DNA of 64,000 bases, taken from the NCBI GenBank assembly GCA_030041515.1, contig JASHNS010000042.1, positions 24,067 through 88,066 on the forward strand. The letters are read 5' to 3'. Shown in pieces: positions 35,482 through 44,332 of the stretch. Under the pieces are notes generated by a model. The model saw only the letters and a list, made by a program, of their open reading frames with translations, did no database searches and had not been told where the DNA came from. This DNA is from Acidobacteriaceae bacterium (lineage in GTDB: Bacteria; Acidobacteriota; Terriglobia; Terriglobales; Acidobacteriaceae). Position numbers and translations under genes: made by a program. Positions within the stretch are counted from its first letter, which is position 1. Each line of letters begins with the position of its first letter.

Positions 35482-37626
35482 TCAGTCCACCCTGCGAACC
35501 TCTACCAGAACGGAGTAAAAGACCGGACCGCCGGCGAGGTCGCTCACCCGCTGGGAAGTGAGCAAATTCACGTTGTGTCCGCCCACGGAAAGCTTATTCC
35601 AGTTCAGCCTCGCCGCCACCACGCCCTGCGGGACACTCGCCGCGCCGGTGACGACCATGGCCTTCAGCCTCAGGCGGCCGCGATCGTTGAAGACCTCGAT
35701 CGCGTCACCGTCCGCGATGCCGCGCGACGCCGCGTCCGCGCTGTTCATTTCCAGCGCATCCCGGTGCCTGGCTTCCATCTCCTGATGGACTTCCAGATTC
35801 GCGAAGGTCGAATTCATATAGTTGTCCGCTTTGCGCGGCAGGAACTCCAGCGGATAGCGCTGACTGGCGGCAACGTGCCGCGATTCGGCCGCGGGACGAA
35901 ACGCCGGCAGCGGATCGATCCCCTGCGCGGCCAGCGCCTCCGAATAGAACTCGATCTTTCCGCTGGGTGTATCGAAGGGTCCCTCTGCAAACGGCTGGAA
36001 GTGCGCGCCCGGTTGTTCCTGGTCGAATTGCAGCCGCTGCGCGCCACCCGCCGCCCGCAGCGTCTCCGCGGTGATTCCTTTCATCCACGGATGCTGCTTC
36101 TCCGGGGCGTTCGCCCGCAACGCCTGCGCGATCAGATCGTCCTCCGATTCCCGGAAGCAGGCTTCCTCGAATCCCATTCGCTGCGCCAGCTGCCCGAAGA
36201 GCCAGACATTCGATCGCGCCTCGCCCAGGGGTGCAATTGCCTGCTCGGAAAGCTGCACGTAATAGTGCCCGTACGCACCCTGAATGTCTTTGTGCTCGAG
36301 AAACGTGGTTGCGGGCAGCACGATATCCGCGTAATCCGCGGTGTCGGTGAAGAATTGCTCGTGCACGACCGTGAAGAGGTCCTCGCGCTGCAGCCCGCGC
36401 AGCACCGCAGCCTGATCCGGCGCCACGGCTGCGGGGTTCGAGTTGTAGACGAACAGCGCCTTGACTGCGGGATCGCGCAGCTCCGTCAGCGCCTGGCCGA
36501 GCAGGATCATGTTCACCACGCGCGAGGGACGCCGCAGCGGACTCGCCAGCATGAGGTCCGGCCGCTCCAGCGCCTCGCCGTCAAAGCGGAATGCCCCGCT
36601 GGTGGAAAGCTGCAAGCCTCCGCCACCATGCTTCCACGCTCCGGTCAGCGCCGGCAGCATCGCGATGGCCCGCACCGCGGCGCCGCCGTTGTCGCTGCGC
36701 TGCACTCCGTAGTTCAGGCGGATCACCGCCGGCTGCGTCGTCGCGTAATCCCGCGCCAGCCGCTCCACGTCCCCGACAGCGATTCCGGTCAGCGCCGCGA
36801 CTCGCTCCGGCGGATACTCCGCTGCGCGCTCCCGCAGCTTCTCGAATCCGTGCGTCCAGCGCTCCACGTAGTCGCCGTCGTACAGCCGATCGCGCACCAG
36901 GATGTGCATCATTCCAAGCGCCAGCGCGGAATCCGTCCCGGGCCGGATCGCGATGTACCAGTCCGCCGCGCGCGCGGTACGCGTCGGATACGGATCGATC
37001 ACGACGAGCTTCGCCGCGTTGCGCCGCGCCTCCTCGACAAATGGCCACAGGTGAATATTGTTGCCGTGGATATTCGCCGCCCAGGCGAGGATCAGTTTCG
37101 CGTGGCGAAACGCCTCGGTATCCGTTCCCAGCTTCCGTCCGTAGACGGAAACCAGCGCCTGGCCACCGGTTTCCGAGCAGATGGTCCGGTCCAGTTGCGA
37201 GGCGCCCAGCCGATGGAAAAACCGGCGGTCCATCGATCCATAGCCGAGCTTGCCGATCGTCCCCGCATACGAGTACGGCAGGATCGATTCCGGTCCGCAC
37301 TTCTCGGCAATCGTCTTCAACCGCTCCGCAATCGTGTGCAGCGCTTCGTCCCAGCTGATGCGCTCGAAAGCTTCCGCCTCGCGTCCCTGCGCCAGCGGCC
37401 CTTTGGCCACGCCCGCACGTCGCCGCATCGGATAGAGGAGCCGGTCCGGCGCGTACACCCGGTCAAGATACTTCGCCACTTTTCCGCAGAGAAACCCGCG
37501 CGTGACCGGATGGCTCGCGTCGCCGCGCACGCGCGTCGCCCGCCCCAGCTCATCCACCGTCACCAGCACTGCGCAGGAGTCGGGACAGTCATGCGAGCAG
37601 ACAGCATGCACAGTCTTCGGGGGCAT
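35482..37626 (-). CDS. Cytoplasmic molybdopterin (MopB superfamily) oxidoreductase, substrate unknown
   Basis: The product is 714 aa. It has an N-terminal Fe-S cysteine cluster (HAVCSHDCPDSCAV...FLCGK), molybdopterin-binding regions, and a C-terminal MopB_CT beta-barrel. There is no Tat signal. Confidence 0.8.
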   Translation of the reverse strand: MPPKTVHAVCSHDCPDSCAVLVTVDELGRATRVRGDASHPVTRGFLCGKVAKYLDRVYAPDRLLYPMRRRAGVAKGPLAQGREAEAFERISWDEALHTIAERLKTIAEKCGPESILPYSYAGTIGKLGYGSMDRRFFHRLGASQLDRTICSETGGQALVSVYGRKLGTDTEAFRHAKLILAWAANIHGNNIHLWPFVEEARRNAAKLVVIDPYPTRTARAADWYIAIRPGTDSALALGMMHILVRDRLYDGDYVERWTHGFEKLRERAAEYPPERVAALTGIAVGDVERLARDYATTQPAVIRLNYGVQRSDNGGAAVRAIAMLPALTGAWKHGGGGLQLSTSGAFRFDGEALERPDLMLASPLRRPSRVVNMILLGQALTELRDPAVKALFVYNSNPAAVAPDQAAVLRGLQREDLFTVVHEQFFTDTADYADIVLPATTFLEHKDIQGAYGHYYVQLSEQAIAPLGEARSNVWLFGQLAQRMGFEEACFRESEDDLIAQALRANAPEKQHPWMKGITAETLRAAGGAQRLQFDQEQPGAHFQPFAEGPFDTPSGKIEFYSEALAAQGIDPLPAFRPAAESRHVAASQRYPLEFLPRKADNYMNSTFANLEVHQEMEARHRDALEMNSADAASRGIADGDAIEVFNDRGRLRLKAMVVTGAASVPQGVVAARLNWNKLSVGGHNVNLLTSQRVSDLAGGPVFYSVLVEVRRVD

Positions 37627-37689
37627 ATCGCGATTATAGGTTGGATCGTACGAGAACTTTCTGGAATCGTGACGGGCCAGCAGGGACCA

Positions 37690-38046
37690 TTATTCCGGGA
37701 CGCGGTCCCGCTGCGTCGATGGCGCCGAGATCACCAGAAACCGAATCTCATCACCACTGTCGTTGCGCGCCTGGTGCACCACTTCCGGTGGAATCTCGAT
37801 CCCATGCCGAGCGGCGACCCGACAGACCGCGCCTTCGATCTCCATCGTGAGCTCACCTTCGAGCACGTAAAAGAACTGCCGCGCCCGGCGATGGTGATGC
37901 CGCTGCTCCTGAGAGCCAGGAGGCATGCGCTCCTCGATCACGCTCAATCTCTCTGTGCGCACCAGGTGCCAGCCATCGCACAGGCCACCCCAGAGGTAGT
38001 GATCCGCGCTCAACGTGCTCACCGCGTCCATCGCTCGTCTCCTCAC
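37690..38046 (-). CDS. Cupin domain protein
   Basis: The cupin_2 motifs are QRHHHRRARQFFYVLEGELTMEIEG...HGIEIPPEVVHQARN. GTG 38046 overlaps the kinase stop; an alternative start is ATG 38031. Confidence 0.7.
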   Translation of the reverse strand: MRRRAMDAVSTLSADHYLWGGLCDGWHLVRTERLSVIEERMPPGSQEQRHHHRRARQFFYVLEGELTMEIEGAVCRVAARHGIEIPPEVVHQARNDSGDEIRFLVISAPSTQRDRVPE

Positions 38047-39503
38047 CCCTGCGCGGCCCGCATCGCGGCTTTTTCCGGCCCGGCAGCCGCCCCCGCCACG
38101 GGCAGCGTGAACAAAAACGTCGTTCCTGCTCCCATCTCGCTCTCTGCCCGAATCGTCCCGCCGTGCGCCAGCACAATGTGCTTCACAATCGCCAGCCCCA
38201 GCCCGGTCCCACCCGATTCCCGCGACCGCGCCTTATCCACGCGATAGAACCGCTCGAAAATCCGATCCAGATGCTCGCTGGCGATGCCCTGCCCAAAATC
38301 CTGGACGGAAAACTCGACCATCCCGTCCTGTGCCCGCGCAGCCACCAGCACGCGCCGGCCGCCTGCGCCGTACTTCATCGCGTTCTCGATCAGATTCCCA
38401 AACACCTGCGTCATCGCGTCCACGTCCGCCAGCACCAGTTCCGGCGTCGTCTCTCCGGCCTCGAGGGAGACGCCTGACTCCACCACCATCCCCGCCAGGG
38501 ACTCGATGGCATCTTCCACCAGCGCCGAGGCTCGCACCGGCTGCACCGTCAGCTTGTGCTCTCCCGATTCCACCTGAGCCAGCGCCAGCAGGTCTTCCGT
38601 AAGGCGGTTCACGCGCCGCGCATTCTTGAGGATGATGGCCATGAACTCGCGCCCGTGTTCCGACAGATGGTCTTCATCCTCGAGCAGCGTCTCCACGTAG
38701 CCGGAAATGGAGGTCAGGGGTGTCCGGAGCTCATGGGAAACGTTGGCGATAAAGTCCCGCCGCATTTTCTCGGCACGCTCGATCTCCGTCACATCGTGCA
38801 GGACAGCCACGGCGCCGCCGTCCGGGGTCGGGGCCGCACTCACTTCGAAGACTCTGCCCGGAACGGTCGACAGCGCGCGGCCGCCGCGGATCCGCCGCTC
38901 CCGGAGTGCAGCTTCCACGCACTTCAACACCTCGGGATCGCGCAGGCTCATCACCAGCGCGCGCCCGGCTCGATCCACGCCCGGCGCGATGCGCTGCATC
39001 ACGGAGTTGCTCCAGCTCACCTGGCCGTTGCGGTCCACGGCGACCACGGCTTCCTGCATGGAATCCAGCAGGGCCGCCAGCTCTCTCTGTTTACTCTGGA
39101 GTGCTTCAAAGGAGCGCTCCAGCCGCGATGCCGTCGCGTCCAGGGCCTTGGCCACGTCGCCCAGCTCGTCGCCGCTCTCTTCGGCGATGCGCGCCTGGAA
39201 ATCGCCGCCGGCAATGCGTCCGGAGAATTCAACGATGCGCTGCAGGCGCCGGGACATTCGTCTCGCGACCCAGGCTGAGACGAGCGTTGCCAGCGCGAGG
39301 GACAGCAGTGACGCCAGCAGCAGATCGCCCCGCAGAACGTGCAGCGCTCGCTCCTGCTGGCCCGGCGTCATCTGGGCCACCCGCGCCTCCTCGTGCAGGG
39401 AGTGGCCCACAATATTGCGGAAAGAAAGGTCGAGCACGGCCGTGCCGAGGCACAGCACCAGGACAAACGACAACAGCAGTTTGGTGAAGAATCTGCCCGT
39501 CAC
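38043..39503 (-). CDS. PhoR-like sensor histidine kinase (TM-HAMP-PAS-HisKA-HATPase)
   Basis: GTG 39503. It has an N-terminal TM segment, a HAMP domain, a PAS domain, the H-box SHELRTPLTSISGYVETLLED, the N-box ENAMKY, and the G-boxes DFGQGI and GGTGLGLAIVK. Confidence 0.85.
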   Translation of the reverse strand: MTGRFFTKLLLSFVLVLCLGTAVLDLSFRNIVGHSLHEEARVAQMTPGQQERALHVLRGDLLLASLLSLALATLVSAWVARRMSRRLQRIVEFSGRIAGGDFQARIAEESGDELGDVAKALDATASRLERSFEALQSKQRELAALLDSMQEAVVAVDRNGQVSWSNSVMQRIAPGVDRAGRALVMSLRDPEVLKCVEAALRERRIRGGRALSTVPGRVFEVSAAPTPDGGAVAVLHDVTEIERAEKMRRDFIANVSHELRTPLTSISGYVETLLEDEDHLSEHGREFMAIILKNARRVNRLTEDLLALAQVESGEHKLTVQPVRASALVEDAIESLAGMVVESGVSLEAGETTPELVLADVDAMTQVFGNLIENAMKYGAGGRRVLVAARAQDGMVEFSVQDFGQGIASEHLDRIFERFYRVDKARSRESGGTGLGLAIVKHIVLAHGGTIRAESEMGAGTTFLFTLPVAGAAAGPEKAAMRAAQG

Positions 39504-39531
39504 GCGACCATCCCGGTTCCGGATGACGCCA

Positions 39532-40026
39532 TTATCGCGCGTCGTCCGCCGAGGGCCCGTACATGCCCGGGACCGGCACGTCGAGGAGCCTGAGGTAAAC
39601 GCTCAACTGCCCGCGATGGTGGATCAGATGGTCCATGAAGACTCGACGCAGGGCCATGGCTCGCGGCAGCTCGACCATGGTGCGATCGCCGAACTTGAGC
39701 GTCCAGGTTCCCGACAGGTGCTGCTCCCCCAGCCCGACGATTGCCTGTTGCGCATCGGCGCGGGCCTTGTCGAAGTGCGCGAGGAGCTCGTTCGCCGAGG
39801 CGGCAACGAAGGGCACCGCGTTGGCGGGGCGTACAAAAACATCCGTGGTGGCAATCGACACGCAGCGGTTCGGCAGGTCGGCCACATGGGACGCAAGCCG
39901 GCCGAGCGTCATCGACCTTTCATGCGGCTTCCAGCCCAGGCTCGAGTCCGGCACGCGCTCCAGCATGCGCCGGGTGCCGGCCATTTCCTCGTCGAACTCC
40001 TGCAGCAACAGGTCCTGAATTGTCAT
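39532..40026 (-). CDS. DinB family (DinB_2) metal-dependent protein
   Basis: ATG 40026 is preceded by GGAGG. It is a four-helix bundle with the His triad context (LASHVADL...DHLIHHRGQLSVYLR). Confidence 0.75.
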   Translation of the reverse strand: MTIQDLLLQEFDEEMAGTRRMLERVPDSSLGWKPHERSMTLGRLASHVADLPNRCVSIATTDVFVRPANAVPFVAASANELLAHFDKARADAQQAIVGLGEQHLSGTWTLKFGDRTMVELPRAMALRRVFMDHLIHHRGQLSVYLRLLDVPVPGMYGPSADDAR

Positions 40027-40053
40027 GATTCCTCCGGACCCGGCTGCCAGCAA

Positions 40054-40770
40054 TCAACTGGCTGCGGCGCGCTCCATCACCCTCGGAATCTCGAATCGAT
40101 AACCAGCCCCGCGCACGGTTTTCAAATAACGCGGATTTTCCGGGTCTGATTCGATTTTCTCGCGAATCCGCCGAACGTACACGTCGACCGATCGCGGCGT
40201 CACAAAGCGCGCATCGCCCCAAACGGCATCGAGAAGGTGGTCGCGGCTGAAAACGCGCCCAGGGTGCCGCGCCAGATAATCCAGCAGCCGGAATTCCGTC
40301 GCCGTCGTGGTCGTCAGCTCGCCCTTCACCTTCAGCTGCATGGCGCCGGCGTCGATCTCGACGTCCTCGAATGCCACCGCCGTCGGCTGTGCCGGCCGCT
40401 CGAACCGCCGCAGCACCGCCTTCACCCGCGCCAGGAGTTCCCGGGGCGCAAAGGGCTTGGTTACGTAATCGTCCGCACCCAGTTCCAGGCCCAGTACGCG
40501 GTCGTTCTCACTGGCCCGCGCCGTGACGAAGATGATGGGCACGGTGCTGAGCGTCGAGTGGTTCCGCAGCCGGCGGCACAAATCCAGCCCGTCGCCTCCT
40601 GGGACCATGATGTCCAGCAGAAACAGGGCCGGAGCCTGCCTCTCCGCATCGGGAATGATGGTGCCCGGCGCGGGGTACATCCGCGCCTGGAATCCGGCCG
40701 CCTCCAGATGATGCTGGATCAGCCTCGCGATATCGGCATCGTCCTCAAGCACAAAGACGGTCTGGCTCAA
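40054..40770 (-). CDS. OmpR/PhoB family response regulator
   Basis: The receiver domain is VFVLEDDADIARLI...LFLLDIMVPGGDG...PIIFVTA. The winged-helix output domain is LTTTTATEFRLLDYLARHPGRVFSRDHLL...VDVYVRRIREKIE. The start is TTG. Confidence 0.85.
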   Translation of the reverse strand: MSQTVFVLEDDADIARLIQHHLEAAGFQARMYPAPGTIIPDAERQAPALFLLDIMVPGGDGLDLCRRLRNHSTLSTVPIIFVTARASENDRVLGLELGADDYVTKPFAPRELLARVKAVLRRFERPAQPTAVAFEDVEIDAGAMQLKVKGELTTTTATEFRLLDYLARHPGRVFSRDHLLDAVWGDARFVTPRSVDVYVRRIREKIESDPENPRYLKTVRGAGYRFEIPRVMERAAAS

Positions 40771-40919
40771 GCGAGTGATTCCTTTCCGGTGTTCCCGGCC
40801 ATGCCGGAATCATCCGGCTTCAGCCTATCGCAGCCAGGCAAACAGAATGCAAATGTTCTGTTAATTCGGAGGCGGACGCCCAGAGGAGCATTCCGCGGCT
40901 CGATCGCCGCGGGCTGCTG

Positions 40920-41621
40920 TTATGCGTAGAAATTCTCGAAGAGCTGGCTGACTGTCCCGTAGCATTCGCAGGCCGCGTCTTCCAGGCGCCGGTGGTCGAG
41001 AATCTGGATCTGCCCGCGCCGGTACGAGATCAGCTTGCGGCGGCGCAGCGCTCCCGCTGCCAGCGTCACGGTGGTGCGCCGCGATCCCAGCATGTCCGCC
41101 AGGAATCCCTGGCTCAGCATCACGCTGTTATTGCCGGTCAGGTCCTGCGCCGTGAGCAGCCATCGTGCCAGCCGCTCCTCCGCCCCGTGGAGCCGGTTGC
41201 AGGCCGCAATCTGCGAGAGGATCATGCTGCGCCGGTGAACGCATCGCTGGATCAGCTGCCGGAGCGCCGGAACCACTTCCATCTCCGTTTTCAGTTCCGG
41301 GAACGGCATCCGCAGCGCCTTCAACTCCACCTGCACCACGCAGCGCGCCGGGCCCTGCGACCTGCCGCCCAGCAGGTGCCACGCCGGCACCACGCCTTCG
41401 TTGCCGCACATGCCCACTTCGGCGCTTCGCCCGTCCGACATCGATACGATCTTCGATACCAGTCCCGAGGTGATGAACCATGCATACCGCGGCGCTTCCT
41501 CGGCTTCGTACAGCACGGTACCCGTCGGAACCGCTACCTCTTCCATCCGGGATAACAACGAATCCCGATACGGCTGCGGAAGTTTTTCCAGCAGGAGGTT
41601 TTCAATCCGATGCTGACCCAT
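40920..41621 (-). CDS. Crp/Fnr family transcriptional regulator
   Basis: It has a cNMP-binding beta-roll and a C-terminal HTH (LSQGFLADMLGSRRTTVTLAAGALRRRKLISYRRGQI). No N-terminal Fnr-type Cys cluster is visible. Confidence 0.85.
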   Translation of the reverse strand: MGQHRIENLLLEKLPQPYRDSLLSRMEEVAVPTGTVLYEAEEAPRYAWFITSGLVSKIVSMSDGRSAEVGMCGNEGVVPAWHLLGGRSQGPARCVVQVELKALRMPFPELKTEMEVVPALRQLIQRCVHRRSMILSQIAACNRLHGAEERLARWLLTAQDLTGNNSVMLSQGFLADMLGSRRTTVTLAAGALRRRKLISYRRGQIQILDHRRLEDAACECYGTVSQLFENFYA

Positions 41622-42137
41622 ATCCTCCCTTGCCCCTCATGAGCAAGGACAATGCTGAACCCCAGCAAAAAGTCATTGCCGCAGAAGATACGTGCTGATT
41701 GCGGTGGATTGCGACTTTGCGGATTATAGGGAGTCGTGCCGAATTTTTATGTTCGCTATCAAACAGTAATGTTCGGTATTAGACCGACTGCGTCACCGGA
41801 TAGCGTCTATCTTTCCGCTTGTCCCACCTGCCATTTTTTGATGCAGGCGAGGCACCAAACCCGGGCCCCCGGCAGTAATTCTCCATTCTGAATCGAAGCC
41901 TTGTTCACGCAATCAAAAAATATCGCCTCACGACCCTTTTTTAGCCAGGACTCAGGCGTTTGCGCGCTTCCGCCTGGCAACTCCGCTGACAGCTGTGACG
42001 TCTGCGAGCCATGGAATTAACAGACTGACATGGACAACTTTCGCCGGACAGGCGCGGATTGGCGGCTCACGCGTAATTTTGCGCGGTTGCGGCCATCGGA
42101 ACCTGGGGGTTGCCGGGCCACGCAGGGAGTTTGTTGA

Positions 42138-42548
42138 ATGCATGCTCGCCCGGAAATCCTCTGTTTCGGCGCTGACCCCGTCCTCAACCGGACCCGGCGC
42201 CTGATCCTCCAGCCTGCCTTTGACGTCTGCGTGGCCTCCACACTGTCTGAAGTGGCATCCTGGCTGCAGGAGCGCCGTTTCCGCGTCATCCTTCTTTGTC
42301 AGACTCTCGACCTGGACGACGCGCGCTCTGCCCTGGAATTGGCGCATACGCTCAACCCCGAGTCACGGATCCTGGCCCTTGAGGAAGGCAACCCGCGGCT
42401 GTTTTTGCGCGCGCCTCACCAGGAAGTTCGCCTCGACGGTCCCGCCGACCTGCTGCGCAAGGTCGCCTCGCTGGCCGGGGTTCGACTGCCCGAGCGGGTC
42501 GCGCCCGAGCTGCCCAGGCCCTCGCGCAAGGCGCCCTCCGCGGAGTAG
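42138..42548 (+). CDS. Hypothetical protein, receiver-like fold without the conserved phospho-acceptor Asp (pseudo-receiver)
   Basis: The product is 136 aa. The pattern ILCFGADPVLNRTRRLILQ..F.V..ASTLSEV...L...RFRVILLCQTL mimics the beta1-alpha1-beta2-alpha2-beta3 layout of a receiver, but has GAD and LLCQ where DD and LLD are expected. This call comes from reading the sequence by eye. Confidence 0.45.
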   Translation: MHARPEILCFGADPVLNRTRRLILQPAFDVCVASTLSEVASWLQERRFRVILLCQTLDLDDARSALELAHTLNPESRILALEEGNPRLFLRAPHQEVRLDGPADLLRKVASLAGVRLPERVAPELPRPSRKAPSAE

Positions 42549-42609
42549 CGGCAGGAAGGCTGATTTTCAGGATCCGAACTGTGAACCACGAGAGCTGGCC
42601 TGGCAGGGC

Positions 42610-43560
42610 TCAATGCGCATGGTGGCCGTGCGGGTGCCCGTGCGCATGGTGGTGCTGCTCCTCCTCCACCGAGATCAGGCAGCCGTGGGCCGTCTCGCAC
42701 ACGACGTGCTCGAACTGCAGCGTCGTGTGATGGATTCGGAACTTCTCTCGCAGTACTTCGTTGATGCGGTCCAGGATCCGATTGCTTTCCGATGGAGGGA
42801 TGTCCGCGATGGTGACGTGGCTGGCGAGCGCGTGACTGTGCGATCCCAGACTCCACACGTGCAGATCGTGCACGTCCTCCACGCCGTCGATATTCTCGAG
42901 CGTCTCGCGAATATCGCCCAGCGAAAGCCCGCGCGGCGTGCCTTCCAGCAGGATATTCAGCGTCTCGCGCACGATTCCCGCCGAGGACCACAGGATCAGC
43001 GCCGCGATCGCCAGCGACAGGGCCGGATCGACCCAGGTCGCGCCGGTGATCAGAATCGCGGCGCCGCCCGCAATCACCGCCGCTGTCGACAGCGTGTCGC
43101 CCAGCATGTGGATGAACACGCTGCGAATGTTGACGTCGTGGCTGACCTTCCACAGCGCTGCGGCGATTGCCCCATTCATGACCACGCCGGCCGCGGCCAC
43201 GTAGATCATGGTGCGCGGTTCCACCGCTTCGGGCCGGCTGAGCCGTTCCACCGCGTCCCATGCGATCCAGACGGCGATTCCAATCAGCGTGACCGCATTC
43301 AGGAACGCCGCAAGAACGCCGGCGCGCTGGTACCCAAAGGTCTTTTGCTCCGTCGCCGGCCTCGTCTGGAACCACACGGCCACGAACGAAAGGACGATCG
43401 CCAGCGCATCCGAGGCGTTATGCCCGGCTTCGGACATCAGCGCCAGCGAGTGCGCGCGCAGTCCGGCGAGCAGCGTCAAAACCACGTACCCGATGGTCGC
43501 AATCAGAGAAAGGCGCAGAACCCGTTGCATCGCTCGCGTATTCGCGCCATGAACATGCAT
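42610..43560 (-). CDS. Cation diffusion facilitator (CzcD/ZitB-like) metal efflux transporter with His-rich C-terminal tail
   Basis: It has six TM helices with CDF motifs (SLALMSEAGHNASDALA, FIHMLGDTLSTAAVI), a cytoplasmic domain (VHDLHVWSLGS), and the tail EEEQHHHAHGHPHGHHAH. Confidence 0.9.
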   Translation of the reverse strand: MHVHGANTRAMQRVLRLSLIATIGYVVLTLLAGLRAHSLALMSEAGHNASDALAIVLSFVAVWFQTRPATEQKTFGYQRAGVLAAFLNAVTLIGIAVWIAWDAVERLSRPEAVEPRTMIYVAAAGVVMNGAIAAALWKVSHDVNIRSVFIHMLGDTLSTAAVIAGGAAILITGATWVDPALSLAIAALILWSSAGIVRETLNILLEGTPRGLSLGDIRETLENIDGVEDVHDLHVWSLGSHSHALASHVTIADIPPSESNRILDRINEVLREKFRIHHTTLQFEHVVCETAHGCLISVEEEQHHHAHGHPHGHHAH

Positions 43561-43618
43561 ATCGATATTCAGTCTGGAGCCGCAGCCGGATTCAGTCCAG
43601 AGGAGCCGCCCTTAAAAA

Positions 43619-44158
43619 TTACGGAGCTGCCAACGCCGGCGTGCGGGGGGGCGGCGTCCGCGTCGAAGGCCCCGCATTCTCGAACCTGCGCAGTCCGCTC
43701 CAGTTCTCCGCCACGACAATGCTGTTCTCCGGACGCCGGATGTCGTAACGCACCGAGCAGGGGAATCCGAACCGCAGGTCCTCCGCCTTCACCACATCGC
43801 GCAGAGCGGATACGTCCTGCGAGCACTCGTATTCCACCCCGCCAATCTCATATTGGTAGAGAACGAAACGGACATCTGCCGGTTGCCCGGCACCCTCGGC
43901 CTGCGCGGTAATATCGAGGATCGTCCCGTCGATGATCCGCCCGCTCCGCACCAGCAGCGCGCGGCGTTCCCGCTCCAGTTCTTCTTCGCTGGGCCGGCGC
44001 CGGAACCTCTTCCACGCCACCGCTCCCGCCACGCACACCAGTCCCAGAACCGCGGTTCCTGTCCAGCCCGGGTGCCGCAGAGGAAATACGTGCAGCTCAT
44101 GTTGAGCGGAAACAAGCGGCAGAGACATGCGGCGAGGCAGAGAAAGCATGAGGAGCAT
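43619..44158 (-). CDS. Hypothetical membrane-anchored protein (DUF3592-like layout)
   Basis: It has one TM helix (GTAVLGLVCVAGAVAW) followed by a small beta-rich domain (GRIIDGTILDIT...VRFVLYQYEIGGVEYE...CSVRYD). The start is uncertain (M1, M4 or M11). It lies 58 nt upstream of the CDF gene. Confidence 0.5.
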   Translation of the reverse strand: MLLMLSLPRRMSLPLVSAQHELHVFPLRHPGWTGTAVLGLVCVAGAVAWKRFRRRPSEEELERERRALLVRSGRIIDGTILDITAQAEGAGQPADVRFVLYQYEIGGVEYECSQDVSALRDVVKAEDLRFGFPCSVRYDIRRPENSIVVAENWSGLRRFENAGPSTRTPPPRTPALAAP

Positions 44159-44316
44159 CCGAAAAAACAGCAGGATTACCTGAAGAATAGCTCAGTTTTG
44201 CCCCTTCGGCGGCTGGGTTCGATCCCCTTTTCGTTGCAGGTAACCCCGTTTCGCACCGGGGTATGAACCGCGCCACGCAGGGTGGGATCGGGGCATGCCT
44301 CGATCGATCCCTGCGC

Positions 44317-44322
44317 TATACT
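44317..44322 (+). promoter_or_regulatory. -10-like box (TATACT) 10 nt upstream of the hslV ATG (near-leaderless transcript)
   Basis: TATACT is at 44317-44322. There is no Shine-Dalgarno before ATG 44333. Confidence 0.35.
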
Positions 44323-44332
44323 CAAAACAGAC

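Noticed and set aside
35482-37626. Checked the molybdoenzyme for an in-frame TGA (selenocysteine) or a Tat signal.
   Set aside because: The ORF is continuous with no internal stop, and its N-terminus (MPPKTVHAVCSHDC) has no RR motif. There is no evidence for recoding or export.
35032-38247. A 1071-aa plus-strand ORF, the longest in the track. It spans the bamA upstream gap and runs antisense through the molybdoenzyme, the cupin and the kinase 3' end.
   Set aside because: Its product is Arg/Pro/Gly/Ala-rich low-complexity sequence with no motifs. It lies exactly antisense to genes with strong family signatures. In DNA of about 65% GC, the antisense frame rarely contains stop codons, so this is a shadow ORF.
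38043-40770. Naming the kinase and regulator phoR and phoB.
   Set aside because: The domain architecture and H-box resemble PhoR. However, no pstSCAB/phoU genes or Pho-box direct repeats are nearby, so the gene symbols are left blank.
41901-41916. A possible Fnr/Crp box, TTGTTCACGCAATCAA, in the crp upstream gap.
   Set aside because: The consensus is TTGAT-N4-ATCAA. Here the spacing is wrong (6 nt) and the left half-site deviates at several positions.
44183-44232. tRNA-like motifs upstream of hslV: ATAGCTCAGTT (D-loop-like) and GGTTCGATCCCC (T-loop-like).
   Set aside because: Only about 15 nt separate the two motifs, leaving no room for an anticodon arm. The flanks cannot form an acceptor stem and the T stem has only 3 bp. 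At most this is a decayed tRNA remnant or a chance match, not a tRNA gene.
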